Shown here piece after piece: positions 22,886 through 34,089 of a stretch of DNA of 40,000 nt (within the stretch, counting starts at the first letter, position 1; each line of letters starts with the position of its first letter). The notes beneath the pieces were generated by a model, which searched no databases, had not been told where the DNA came from, and worked only from the letters and a program-made list of their open reading frames with translations. Location of the stretch: NCBI GenBank assembly GCA_965236175.1, contig CBDEAT010000003.1, positions 7,759 through 47,758 on the forward strand, given 5' to 3'. Origin of the DNA: Candidatus Pelagibacterales bacterium. GTDB lineage: Bacteria; Pseudomonadota; Alphaproteobacteria; Pelagibacterales; Pelagibacteraceae. A program made the position numbers and the translations under genes.

Positions 22886-24983
22886 TCAATTAATAGAATG
22901 TTTTTCTAAATAAATCTTCTTCATATCTAATAACATCTGATAAAAATTTTCTGAAAATAACTTGGTGTTAAACAAGTTAGATTGTCTGCAGTTTAATAAT
23001 AGATTTTTTCTCAAATTTAATAAAATCTCTTTATCATTTGCGATTTGAACAGCTTTATTAATATAATCCTGCTCATTTTCTGCGATCATTTCTCTCATAT
23101 TAAGATTTATATTGATACTCTCTCCACATCGAGAAAGAAATGTTTTTCCTTTTTTAGTTAATAAAGGACACCCCATCCATGAAGCTTCAAAGCTAGTGGA
23201 GCCTCCATTATAAGGGAAAGGATCAAGAGCAATATCAACGTCATTATACATTTCTAATAAATCTTTTCTTTCCAAAAAGTCTTTTAAAATTATTTGATCC
23301 TCGCTTACACCAAATTTTGAAAAATCATTAATAATACTTTGTTTAATCTCTGGTGAATCAATTCCATTATAAATTAAAAGAATTTTAGAATTATTAATAC
23401 TATTTAAAATACTAGACCAAGTTTTTATTAAATTATTATTATATTTTAAATAATTATTAAAAGAACCGAATGTTACAAATCCTCTTCTTTCAAATGGTGC
23501 TATCTTTTTAATTTCAGTCATAAAATTAGGTGGACTATAACAATTCCAAATATTCGGCATTTTCCATAAATTTTCTGTAAAAAATTCCTCAATACCTTCA
23601 GAACAAATTATTCTATCCGATATTAAATAATCCATATTAGAAAGCCCCGTCGATGCAAGATATCCAATCCAAGCAACCTGTATGGGTGCAAGTCTATTTT
23701 CAAAAAGAGGCAAAATATTATTTTTGGTATGTCCTGATAAATCAAACAAAATATCAATTTTATCATTTCTAATTAAATTTATAATATCTTCTGATCTTCT
23801 TCCAGCAATTGTGTCCCATTTAAGAAAATATTTTTTAATAATCTTAGTTAGTTCTGTTTCAGAAAAAGAAGTTGAGTAAGCAAATAAATTTACTTTGTCT
23901 TTTAACTCTACTAAAGTTTTTTCTAAAAAGTATCCAACTGGATGATCGGCAAAATCGCCAGACACAAAACCTATGTTTAATTTTTCCTGACTATTTGTAA
24001 TAATTTTAACCGAGCTATCTAAGTTAAATTTTTGTATATTAGAACCAAAATTATTTAAAGTTTTGATATATTTGTCTTTAGAAGATTGCTCTAAATAATT
24101 ATAAGTAAATAATAAATTAGAATAAGAATCAGAATAATCTTGCTTTATAGCTAAAGATTTTTCAAAAAATACTACTGCATTATTATAGTCTCTGACCCTC
24201 ATATAATAAGATCCAATTGCTCTCAAAATTTTATAATTATTATTATTTTTATTAAATTTTTTATCTAATTCTAATGCTTGAAATAAATTTTCTTTTGCAT
24301 CGCTGTATTCATGAAGTTGGGCATGTGCATCTCCTAAATCCCAATAGGCCTCTGAATATTTTGGATTAACAACTATAGATGTATTTAATGAAATTTTTGC
24401 CTTATCAAAATCACCTGCAATCTTATAGGCCCTTCCTAAGTTTCTATGCAAATAATCTATTTGTGGGGCAATTTTGATTGCAGAAGAAAAATTATGAATT
24501 GCGAGATTAATATCTCCAAAATAGTCTAAATATATTTTCCCAAGATTATTATAAGCCTCTACATTAACATTATTAACCTCGAGAGACTCATTATAAAATT
24601 TAATTGCAAGGTTAATGTCTTCGATTTTGAGATAAACTAAAGCAATTTTATTTAATAAAAAATAATTTTTCTTATTAATAATATTTGCCTGCAAATAATA
24701 CTCGAGAGCTTTATTAAAATTTAATAATTTTTGGTTTAAAATTCCTAAATTGTAATACGCTTCAAAAGAATTAGATTTATAGTCTAAAATTTTTTTAAAA
24801 ATTTTTTCTGCTTCTAAATATTTTTCTGTTTCTAAAAATATTATTCCTAAAATATTTAAAAAATCAACATTAGTAGGCTGCTCTAAAATAAGTTGATCAA
24901 TAATAAATTTTGCATCATTAAAATTTTTTTTTTTTTAAAAAAAAGGATATTTTTTCTATTCTATCTTTAGAATTATTGATCAT
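22886..24983 (-). pseudogene. TPR-repeat protein with a C-terminal GT41 (SPINDLY/O-GlcNAc-transferase-like, COG3914) domain; +1 frameshift near the 5' end
   Basis: The N-terminal half has multiple TPR repeats. The C-terminal half has the motifs VAWIGYLASTGL, VTFGSFNN and DIALDPFPYNGGSTSFEASWMGCPLLT. The ATG at 24983 abuts the hisF stop (TAAATG). The frame changes within the tract at 24924-24944. Length is 2098 = 2097 + 1. Confidence 0.8.
24924..24944. repeat. T13A8 homopolymer pair (sense strand T8A13) at codons ~14-20 of the GT41 gene
   Basis: Counted directly: T at 24924-24936 and A at 24937-24944. Removing one base here restores the reading frame. Confidence 0.9.
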
Positions 24984-25743
24984 TTATAATCTAATAGCTA
25001 TTCCTTTTTCTGAAAGATAATTTTTAGCATCTTTAATAGAAAAATCTCCATAATGAAAAATCGAAGCCGCTAAAACTGCACTTGCTAAGCCTGTTTTAAA
25101 TCCTTCATATAAATGATCAAGACTACCAACTCCCCCAGATGCTATAACTGGTATAGAAACTAAACTTGCAATAGCTCTGGTTAATTCAAGATCATAACCT
25201 GTTTTTGTTCCATCTTTATCCATAGATGTAAGGAGAATTTCTCCGGCACCATTTTTTTCGATAATTTTTGCATACTCTATAGCATCAATTCCTGTGGAAT
25301 TTCTTCCGCCATGCGTAAATACTTCCCATTTATTATTTGCTATTTTTTTTGCATCTATTGCAATTACTATACATTGTGACCCAAATCTAATTGAGCTCTC
25401 TCTAATAAAATTATGAGTTTTTTACTGCTGCAGTATTAATTGAAACTTTATCCGCGCCCGCTATCAAAAGATTTTTAATATCATCGATGCTGCTAACTCC
25501 TCCACCCACAGTTAAAGGAACAAAACAACTTTTTGCTGTCTCGCTTACTTTGTTTAATAAGATTTTTCTATTTTCATTTGATGCTGTGATGTCCAAAAAA
25601 CATATTTCATCAGCGCCACCTTTATCGTATATTTTTGCTTGCTCTACTGGATCGCCAGCGTCTTTTAAATTTACAAAATTAATACCTTTTACAACCCTAC
25701 CATCTTTAACGTCAAGACAGGGTATAATCCTTTTTTTTAACAT
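24984..25743 (-). pseudogene. hisF: Imidazole glycerol phosphate synthase cyclase subunit HisF, one +1 frameshift
   Basis: Motifs seen are [28 protein letters not shown] and [18 protein letters not shown]. The shift lies near 25405-25412. Length is 760 = 759 + 1. Confidence 0.9.
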
Positions 25744-25753
25744 AATAATAATA

Positions 25754-27810
25754 TCACTGATTATTATTTAAAATATCTCGAAGTAAAAAGATAAAATCAT
25801 CTACAAATAATTTTTTTGAAAATATTTTATTATTACTTCTATTTATTTTTAAAAAATTTTGTATTTCTTGTAATTTATTTATTTTGTAATTTATTATATA
25901 ACTTTATTAACATACTCTGTTTCATCAACGCAATTCCATTCCTTGAGATCTAAATTAATATTAATACTTGCGCCCGTCCTAGATACAAAGCTGTCTCCAA
26001 TTTTTGTAAGGATAGGAGTGCACATCCAAGCACATTCTAAACTTGTTGTCATTCCATTGTATGGGAAAGGATCAAGAGCTATATCAATATCATTGTAAGC
26101 TTTTAACAAAGACTCTCTTTTGTCTTCATAAGACCCGATAATAATTCTATCTTTAGAAACAAAATTATTAGAAAACAATTCTTTAATTCTTTTTTGAACC
26201 TCTGAATCATTAAATTGTTGAGCTCTTAAATATAATTTTGAACTAGGTAATTTTGTTAAAATTTCTGACCACAATCTAATTACATCTGGGTTAATTTTGG
26301 CCAAGTTATTAAATGAACCAAATGTTACAAAGTCATTTTTTAATGATGGAATTTCCAATATACTAATTTCTTTTTCTATTGCAGAAAATGGAGTCCAAAT
26401 ATCGCGCAACCTAACTATTTTCTCTAAATAATTTTGTTCTTCGTGTTTTGGAATAACATGGGGATCTGCAACTAAAAAATCTATATTATTTAAACCGAGA
26501 GAAGCCAAATAACCAATCCAGCTTAGTTGAAATTTGGCGCTTCTATAATTAAAAATAGATACTCGGCTTCCTTTTGTGAATCCGGACAAATCAATTAAAA
26601 AATGCAAATTATCTTTTCTTATAAAATTTATTAATTCATAATCATTTTTACTGGCAATATTATTCCATACATAAAAATATTCTTTTAGTTTAAACGTCAT
26701 ATCGTCTTCATCTTGACGATTGCTGTAAGCAAAAATCTTAATATCTTTTCTGTTTCCTAACTCTTTAAAAAAATCAGATAAACAGAAGCTAACCGCATGA
26801 TTTCTAAAGTCTGCTGATATAAAACCGATTCTTAATTCATTTTTATTTAAATCTTCAGAATTATCCGATTTAAAATCTTGGAGATCTTGTTTATTAACTA
26901 AAGACTGAAATCTTTTTAAAAGAGAAAAATATTCATCCCTCTCGAAATCTTTTATATACAAAGAAGATAATGGCAGACTAAAAATATCACTCGCATCACA
27001 TCTAGAAAAATCAATCTTAAAATAAAGATCCATCCATTTTTCATGTTGCAAAGTATTTAAATATATCTTCATAAGTAATATTAATGACTCATTGTTTAAA
27101 GGTTGAATTTGCAAAGATTTTTTTACGCTTTCAAGCGCATTAAAATAAGAGGACTGCCTATCTAAGATTGAGGCCTGAATACGATATGCTAAAGATGATC
27201 TGGGATTTAAACTAATTGCAATTTCAATCATTTTTTCAGCGGAAGTATGTTTACCGATGTCCAAATAACAGATAGCCAAATTAAGATAGGATTCATAAGA
27301 ACCTATGTCTAAATTAATAGCTTTATTAAAAAACTTGATAGCCTGATCAAAATTATTTAATTTTTGATAAGCCAAACAATATTATTATATAATTTATGAT
27401 CATTAGGACTTAATAAAATAGACTTGTTTAATGCTTGAATCGCTTCTTCATATTTCTTTAATGACATAAGCGCCTGACTTAAAGCAATATATCCCTCAAG
27501 ATAATCTGAATTAATTTTAATAGTTTTTTCAAAACATTTTGTTGCTTCTGAATAATCGTTCTTTTCTAGATAAATTAAACCTAAATTATAATATGCGTTA
27601 AAAAAATTAGGATCTTTTGATGGCACATATGGCAATTAAATTAGCTTTTTCACTATCTAATTTTGATAAAATTACCCCATAAATATTGTCTAGTATTGGT
27701 AAATTCGGATTTTTATTAATTAACTCTAAAATTAATTTTTCTGAATCAATAAAATTATTTTCTTCGAATAATGTGATTACTCTTTTTATTTCATCGTCAA
27801 TTTTTTGCAT
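25754..27810 (-). pseudogene. Second TPR + GT41 (O-GlcNAc-transferase-like) paralog, at least three frameshifts
   Basis: It has the same architecture and motifs as 22886-24983 (LSWIGYLASLGL, VTFGSFNN, DIALDPFPYNGMTTSLECAWMCTPILT). Frame changes lie near 27620, 27370 and 25895. The true stop (TGA) is at 25754-25756. Confidence 0.75.
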
Positions 27811-27816
27811 AAAAAA

Positions 27817-28533
27817 TTAATGTGAAATTTTTATAAGATCCCGAATCTTTATTGATCCATCATAAATAGCTCTTCCAAGAATTATTCCATGTAATTTTTT
27901 GAGTGCAGATATTTGATTAACATCTTCTATGCTAGAAAATCCACCTGAAGCTATTAAAGGAATTTTAACTTTATTTATAATTTTTTTAATTTGAGAAATA
28001 TTAACTCCTGTCTTGGTTCCGTCTCTATTAATGTCTGTATAAATAATCTTACTAACTCCTAAGCCTTCTAGTTTTTTAGAAAAATCCATAAGTTTTATTT
28101 TTGTTTGCTTAACCCAGCCTTTAATGGCTAAAAAATTATTTCTAACATCAAGTGCAACAGCTATTCTTCCAGGAAATAAATCACATGCTTTTTTTAAAAT
28201 TTTTGGGTTTTTTACAGCCATAGTTCCAACAACTACCGTTGAAACTCCATTTTTAATCCAAAAAGATATTTGTTTTAAAGTTCTAATGCCTCCACCTAAT
28301 TGTACATTTAAATTAGTATTCTTAATGATTTTAATTATAACTTTTTTATTCTTAGACCTTCCTTTTAAGGCACCATCAAGATCCACAAGATGTAAATCTG
28401 TAAAACCTTTCTTCTTAAATTGAAGGGCTTGATTATATGGAGAAGAGTTAAAAATAGTAGTTTTATTAAAATCTCCTTTATAAAGTCTTACACACTTTCC
28501 GTCTTTTAGATCTATTGCTGGAAATATAATCAT
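27817..28533 (-). CDS. hisA: 1-(5-phosphoribosyl)-5-[(5-phosphoribosylamino)methylideneamino]imidazole-4-carboxamide isomerase HisA
   Basis: It begins MIIFPAIDLKDGKCVRL. The ATG at 28533 overlaps the hisH stop (TAATG). The ORF track extends to a TTG at 28545. Confidence 0.9.
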   Translation of the reverse strand: MIIFPAIDLKDGKCVRLYKGDFNKTTIFNSSPYNQALQFKKKGFTDLHLVDLDGALKGRSKNKKVIIKIIKNTNLNVQLGGGIRTLKQISFWIKNGVSTVVVGTMAVKNPKILKKACDLFPGRIAVALDVRNNFLAIKGWVKQTKIKLMDFSKKLEGLGVSKIIYTDINRDGTKTGVNISQIKKIINKVKIPLIASGGFSSIEDVNQISALKKLHGIILGRAIYDGSIKIRDLIKISH

Positions 28534-29174
28534 TATAAATTCCAATTCAAAAAGTTAGACAATAACTTAATTCCATTTTCCTGACTCTTTTCAGGGTGAA
28601 ACTGGGTACCAAAAATATTTTCTTTTAAAAGAGCAACAACGACTGGCTTCTCATAATCTGTTGTGCAGATAACATCATTAATATTTTCCGGTTCAAATGC
28701 ATAACTGTGCACAAAATAAAAATGAGATAAATTTTTAATGTCTAAAAATAAATCATTTTTTTTAACAATGTTAACTTCATTCCAGCCCATGTGGGGTAAT
28801 TTTAAATCTTTGTTATTAAGTTTTATCTTTTTTACAGAACCTTTGATCCAGCCAAATCCTTTGGTAACCTCTTCTTCAAACCCTTGATCTGAAAAAAGCT
28901 GCATGCCAACACAAATTCCAAAAATTGGTTTTTTTTTAATTAGAACAGATTCGTTAATAGAATCCCATAATCCAGATATATTTTTTACTCCTAAAGCACA
29001 CTGTCTATAAGAGCCCTGGCCAGGCAATATAATTTTATCTGAATCCAAGATATCTTTGGGCTTATTAGATATTCTTATATTGATTTTTTTATTAATTTTT
29101 GTAGCTGCAGCTTCTAAGGCTTTAGAAACGGAATTAAGATTTCCAGTTCCATAATCAACGATTGATACATACAT
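28533..29174 (-). CDS. hisH: Imidazole glycerol phosphate synthase glutamine amidotransferase subunit HisH
   Basis: It has a class-I GATase fold with GICVGMQ (catalytic Cys) and FHPEKS motifs. Confidence 0.92.
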   Translation of the reverse strand: MYVSIVDYGTGNLNSVSKALEAAATKINKKINIRISNKPKDILDSDKIILPGQGSYRQCALGVKNISGLWDSINESVLIKKKPIFGICVGMQLFSDQGFEEEVTKGFGWIKGSVKKIKLNNKDLKLPHMGWNEVNIVKKNDLFLDIKNLSHFYFVHSYAFEPENINDVICTTDYEKPVVVALLKENIFGTQFHPEKSQENGIKLLSNFLNWNL

Positions 29175-29185
29175 TTAAAAAATCT

Positions 29186-29773
29186 TTAAAGTATTCCTTT
29201 AGTGGAAGGCAAAGAATCTCCGGCCCTTGCATCTTTTTCTAATGCAAGACGTAAAGCCCTCGCTAATCCCTTAAAACAAGATTCGATAATGTGGTGGCTA
29301 TTATCACCATAAATATTTTCTATGTGCAAAGTAATGCCCGCGCTTTGTGAAAAAGCCTGAAACCACTCTTTAAATAGTTCAGTATCCATTTCTCCAAGCT
29401 TTTCTACTTTTAATTTCACATTCCAAACTAAATAGGGTCTATTTGATATATCAAGAGAAACTCTGCTTAATGTTTCATCCATTGGAATATAAGCATGCGC
29501 ATATCTTTTGATACCTTTCTTATCTCCCAAAGCCTTAGCAATAGCCTCTCCTATAACAATTCCTGAATCTTCTGTTGTGTGGTGAAGATCAATATGCAAA
29601 TCGCCTTTGGCTTTTAAATTTATATCTACCAAAGAATGCTTTGATAGCTGCTCAAGCATGTGATTTAAAAAACCAATTCCCGTATCTATTTTATAAATAC
29701 CTTTGCCATCTAAATTAACTTCTGCCTCTATAGATGTCTCTTTGGTTTTTCTATTAACTTTTGCGATCCTCAT
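29186..29773 (-). CDS. hisB: Imidazoleglycerol-phosphate dehydratase HisB
   Basis: Motifs seen are [25 protein letters not shown] and [10 protein letters not shown]. The start was chosen at the MRIAKV Met; the ORF extends to 29785. Confidence 0.9.
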   Translation of the reverse strand: MRIAKVNRKTKETSIEAEVNLDGKGIYKIDTGIGFLNHMLEQLSKHSLVDINLKAKGDLHIDLHHTTEDSGIVIGEAIAKALGDKKGIKRYAHAYIPMDETLSRVSLDISNRPYLVWNVKLKVEKLGEMDTELFKEWFQAFSQSAGITLHIENIYGDNSHHIIESCFKGLARALRLALEKDARAGDSLPSTKGIL

Positions 29774-29847
29774 ATGAATTAACAATCTATATATAGAAAA
29801 ACTAACCTTATCAATAAATTAGCTTTAATGGTGAAATAAATACTATT

Positions 29848-30291
29848 CTATAATCTTTTTTTTAATCTTAATAAAAAAGCTCCAGATCCACCTAAACTTT
29901 GGTCTGGCTCTTCCATAGAATTAATAATATCCGAAAAATTATCTTTGATAAAATTTGGAACTGCATACTTTAATAAGCTTAAATCTTCTGACAAATAAGG
30001 ATTCTCTTTAACCTTAGATCTTAGTCCTTTGCCTGTAATAATTAAAATATTTCTTAAATCTTTTTGATAACAATTTTCTATAACTCCTTTTATCTTCTGA
30101 AAAGAATCTTGCAATGAGTAACCATGTAAATCTATTTTAAAATCAATATGATCTTGCTTTTTATTTCCTTTTATAGATTTTTTAGATATTTCGCCTTTAT
30201 CGCCATCTAAAAATTTTTGGTTCTTAAAATCTTCCCAAGCTTTTATATCTTCTGGATTTGTAGAATTTTTATTATTCTTTGGCATGCACAT
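29848..30291 (-). CDS. Smr-domain protein
   Basis: It has a C-terminal Smr domain (IDLHGYSLQDSF...ILIITGKG). The start is ambiguous, with candidates at 30300 (TTG), 30291 and 30285. Confidence 0.7.
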   Translation of the reverse strand: MCMPKNNKNSTNPEDIKAWEDFKNQKFLDGDKGEISKKSIKGNKKQDHIDFKIDLHGYSLQDSFQKIKGVIENCYQKDLRNILIITGKGLRSKVKENPYLSEDLSLLKYAVPNFIKDNFSDIINSMEEPDQSLGGSGAFLLRLKKRL

Positions 30292-30886
30292 CCTGTGCAA
30301 TTTCAGTTAAATGCCACGTAGGATCATCAGAATTTAAATCTCTCGAAAAACTCCAAACATCATTAACTGTTTGAATCTCTTCAGGGCTACCTTCGATAAC
30401 ATTATTGTTGGCATCTTTAATGCAGGATATAATTTCACTCACAAATCTAGTTTTCACAGTATAAAAACTGTCTTTCTTATCTACATTCTCTATTTTTGCT
30501 TTCTTAATTCCTATAAATGTAAATTGATTAACATATTTTTTATTTTTTCTTTCATCAAGAACACCAACGAAACTTTTATAAACTTCAGGAGAAGTTAGAT
30601 CTTTTAAAGTCTTTTTGTCTGCAGCTGCAAATGCATTAACGATCATCTCATAAGCTGCTTGGGCGCCTTTTAAAAATGTCTCCTCTTTAAATTCTCTTAA
30701 ATTAATATTTTCTTCAACTGTAGATGACTTAACATCTTCAAATTGAGCATCTACTATCACTGATTTTTTTGCTCTAACGGCACTATCCTCGGCTCCTTTG
30801 CCAAGAACATTTCTAAGTCTTAAAATAATTATACCCGCTACTATTGCAAGCAATACAATGTCTATATAGCCAAAATTATCATTCAT
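30272..30886 (-). CDS. Tim44-like domain membrane protein
   Basis: It has an N-terminal TM helix and a C-terminal Tim44-like fold (WSFSRDLNSDDPTWHL). It sits in the conserved alphaproteobacterial position divergent from secB. Confidence 0.7.
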   Translation of the reverse strand: MNDNFGYIDIVLLAIVAGIIILRLRNVLGKGAEDSAVRAKKSVIVDAQFEDVKSSTVEENINLREFKEETFLKGAQAAYEMIVNAFAAADKKTLKDLTSPEVYKSFVGVLDERKNKKYVNQFTFIGIKKAKIENVDKKDSFYTVKTRFVSEIISCIKDANNNVIEGSPEEIQTVNDVWSFSRDLNSDDPTWHLTEIAQDVHAKE

Positions 30887-31001
30887 TTAAGGGTATTTTA
30901 GATTAAATAGTTAAAAATTAATACATCTAAATTTAGATCGAATTAAATGATATTTAATATAAAAAAATATATTTAAATAATACAAAAATTCATATTTTAA
31001 A

Positions 31002-31461
31002 ATGGAAGAAAAAAATAAAGAAAATTCTAAATACCAAATCATTGCAAACTACGTAAAAGATTTGTCTTTTGAAATTCCATCTCCAGATTGCTTTGTAGAT
31101 GCCGCACAAAATCTTGGAAAATATGAAACAAAAGTTGATATTTCTAACAAACCACTAAAAAATGGGATGTTAGAACTAAATTGTAAAACTTATTTTTGAA
31201 GCACCAAAAGAAGTACAAAATAAAATTCATGCCGAAGCATGTCTTGCTGTAGTATTTAAAATTACAGACACAGAATTAAAAGCAGAAGAAGTTAAAAGGA
31301 TTATTCTTGCAGAAATACCTGATTTATATGCAAAAAAACTAACAGATCTTATTACTGAATTATTTCAAAAATCAGGATTTAAAGAATTTAAATTTAAGAA
31401 AGAAATTAACTTTAAAGAACTATACGAACAACAGTCTGCTAATCTAACGCAAAAGCATTAG
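31002..31461 (+). pseudogene. secB: Protein-export chaperone SecB, one +1 frameshift
   Basis: The N-terminal YVKDLSFE motif continues after a shift near 31185-31197 as IFEAPKEVQNKIHAEACLAVVFKI...LITELFQKSGF. Length is 460 = 459 + 1. Its 3' end overlaps dnaQ in convergent orientation. Confidence 0.8.
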
Positions 31462-32110
31462 AAACATTCTTTTTTAAAAATTTCTTATATTCTTCCATTT
31501 GTTCTGGTGAAACTTTAACAACGACACCTTCTCTGTTCTCATTACTCAGCTTCATTTTTTCGTTAAAAATTTTATCATTAGACATTAGATCAAGCGTTAA
31601 TTCCTTTTTATCAATTAATTCGATGTAAACTTTTGAAAGTAAATGACAGTCCAAAAGCGCAGAATGCTTTTCTCTAGCCTCAATACTAATTTTAAATCTC
31701 TTGCACAGAGCGTCTAAACTATTACCAACTCCTGGAAATTTAGATCTAGCAATCTGAAGGGTGTCTAATATATCAGATTTTAGAATTGGTTTTATATTTA
31801 GTCTTTTTAATTCATTATTTAAAAATCCAAGATCAAAATCTGCATTATGAATAATAAGTTTTTTATCTTTAATAAAATTAAGGAAATCTTTTGCAACATC
31901 TTTAAATTTTGGTTTGTTTGATAAAAATTCATCAGAATAACCATGAACACTAAAGGCATCTGCTGATACCTTGGTCTCAGGATTTAAAAAGGTATGAAAA
32001 ATATTTTTTGTGGGGATATGATTATTTAATTCCACACAAGCAATCTCAACAATTCTATCTTTCTCTGCTGACAGCCCTGTCGTCTCTGTATCTAAAATAA
32101 CTTCGATCAT
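31439..32110 (-). CDS. dnaQ: DNA polymerase III epsilon subunit (3'-5' exonuclease)
   Basis: Exo motifs seen are VILDTETTGL, IHNADFDLGFL and HSALLDCHLL. Confidence 0.92.
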   Translation of the reverse strand: MIEVILDTETTGLSAEKDRIVEIACVELNNHIPTKNIFHTFLNPETKVSADAFSVHGYSDEFLSNKPKFKDVAKDFLNFIKDKKLIIHNADFDLGFLNNELKRLNIKPILKSDILDTLQIARSKFPGVGNSLDALCKRFKISIEAREKHSALLDCHLLSKVYIELIDKKELTLDLMSNDKIFNEKMKLSNENREGVVVKVSPEQMEEYKKFLKKNVSNAFALD

Positions 32111-32691
32111 TAATTTAAAAGAATCTTACCAATAATATTTTTTACCTGCAATTTAACTTTATTTTTAGAACTATTATAAATTATGAAATCCGCATAGTTT
32201 TCTTTGATCTTTTCGTTTGCTTGTTGTTTTTTTAATATATTTAAAAACTGTTTATCTAGATTCTTTCTTTTTTTTATTCTGCTTAAAAAAGATCTAGACC
32301 TAGTTTTAACAAGAATAAGAATATCAACAAAATTGAACATTTTATTCTCCACTAAAAGCGGAACATCTAAAACAACTAATTTCTTTTTTTTAAACCTAGA
32401 TAAAAAAAGGACTAATTTCTTTCTAACTATTGGATGAATAATCTTGTTCAAAAATCTAAATTTATTTGGATTTTTTTTAAGAGAATCCCTAAGCTCCTGT
32501 TTATTTATTTTGCCTTTATAAATTTTTAACTTAAAGAATTTTGAAATCTTTTTATTTACAATCTTATTGTTCTTATAAATATTAGCAACTTCATTATCTG
32601 CTGAAAAAATATTAAAACCTAGTTCTTTAAAAATATTTGCAACAAAAGATTTGCCACTTCCAACCGATCCTAAAATGCCTACTCTAACCAT
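32110..32691 (-). CDS. coaE: Dephospho-CoA kinase
   Basis: It has the P-loop GSVGSGKS and sits in the conserved aroE-coaE-dnaQ order. Confidence 0.85.
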   Translation of the reverse strand: MVRVGILGSVGSGKSFVANIFKELGFNIFSADNEVANIYKNNKIVNKKISKFFKLKIYKGKINKQELRDSLKKNPNKFRFLNKIIHPIVRKKLVLFLSRFKKKKLVVLDVPLLVENKMFNFVDILILVKTRSRSFLSRIKKRKNLDKQFLNILKKQQANEKIKENYADFIIYNSSKNKVKLQVKNIIGKILLN

Positions 32692-33511
32692 TAATTTTTT
32701 TTCTAAGTTTTTTATAAATATCTTTTGTTATTTTTGGATTTTTCTTATTCCAAATATAAAAAGCCTTCTGCGCTTGATAAACAAACATATCTAAACCTGT
32801 AAAGATTTTATGGCCGTTCTTTCTTGCGTCCTTTAAAAACCTCGTATTTTCTGGGTTATAAACAATATCCACGACATTAATTTTCTTATCAAAAATGCTA
32901 AAATCAAACTTCAGATCCTTCTGACCAACCATGCCAAGGCTTGTAACATTAATTAAAATTTGGACGTCTCCAAATACTTTATACCGATCATTCCATTTGA
33001 TTGGATAAATAACCTTTTTAAATTTTTTCTTAAATACTTTTAGCTTAGAAAAAGTTCTATTAGTTATATATATTTTTTTCACTCCTTTTTGAATTAAAGC
33101 AAGAATAATAGAAGAGGTAACACCTCCGGCTCCAATAATTCCCGCTGTCTTAATTCTGGTTTTAACTTTCCTCAAGATGCCGTAAGAAAAACCATAAACA
33201 TCAGTATTATCACCAACCAATTTTTTTTTATTTAAATACACCGTATTTACTGATGAAGTTCTTAGCGCATCTCCCTTTAAAATATCCAAATGTCTAATAA
33301 CGCTTCCTTTAAAGGGGATGGTTACGTTAATTCCCTCTATCTCTCTTTTTCTAACTTTATTTAAAATTTTTTTTATTGCGGCTTGGGTAGTTTTTAATTT
33401 TTTATATTCACAATTAATTTTATTTTTGCGAAACCAATAATTATGCAAAAGGGGAGATAAAGAATGTTTAATGGGGTTTCCAATAACTAAAAAGTTTTTT
33501 TTATTTTTCAT
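32684..33511 (-). CDS. aroE: Shikimate dehydrogenase
   Basis: Motifs seen are GNPIKHSLSP, NVTIPFK, NTD and GAGG. Confidence 0.9.
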   Translation of the reverse strand: MKNKKNFLVIGNPIKHSLSPLLHNYWFRKNKINCEYKKLKTTQAAIKKILNKVRKREIEGINVTIPFKGSVIRHLDILKGDALRTSSVNTVYLNKKKLVGDNTDVYGFSYGILRKVKTRIKTAGIIGAGGVTSSIILALIQKGVKKIYITNRTFSKLKVFKKKFKKVIYPIKWNDRYKVFGDVQILINVTSLGMVGQKDLKFDFSIFDKKINVVDIVYNPENTRFLKDARKNGHKIFTGLDMFVYQAQKAFYIWNKKNPKITKDIYKKLRKKING

Positions 33512-34089
33512 TTAATTTATAATAGTTATTTAATTGTTTAATTGGCATTCCCATTACAGAGTATTCATCTCCCTTTATTTCTTCAAATAAATCTTTGCCC
33601 ATTCCTTCTATTTGATAAACACCATATTTCTTGATGGTTTCTAAGCCCTACTTTTTGTAAATAATCTTTAATAAAATTATCCGAAAACTGCTTCATTTTT
33701 AAAACAACCTGTTCTGTGTGCATCCAAATAGTCGAACCATTTTTACTCAAACAAATAGAGCTAAACAAAGAATGTTCTTTGCCATTTAATCTTTGCATCA
33801 AGTTCATAGCTAATTCCATGGTTTCTGGTTTGTTAAATATATTGCCTCCAAAATCCAAAACTTGATCAGCGCCGAGGACAATCTCGTTATATATTTTGCT
33901 GCTTATTTTTTTTGCTTTTGTTTCCGCTAGGGCCCTTGAAATATCAAATGAACTGAATTTCTCTGCCAATAAAGAATTTTTTATTTCATCCTCGTCTATG
34001 TTGGCCGCCTCTACTTTAACATTAAAACCAAAATCATTTAATATTTTTAGCCTTATCCCGCTAGCGGATGCTAAAATTATATTTCTCAT
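33501..34089 (-). pseudogene. maf: Maf-like nucleotide pyrophosphatase, one +1 frameshift
   Basis: It begins ILASASGIR and continues ...GADQV. After the extra base at 33642-33645 the C-terminus reads YGVYQIEGMGKDLFEEIKGDEYSVMGMP. Length is 589 = 588 + 1. Confidence 0.8.

Noticed and set aside
29786-29814. A possible sigma70-like promoter for the his operon on the minus strand: TTGATA at 29809-29814, a 17-nt spacer, then TATAGA at 29786-29791.
   Set aside because: Hexamers of this quality occur throughout AT-rich DNA, and it would leave almost no 5' UTR. The evidence is not strong enough to annotate.
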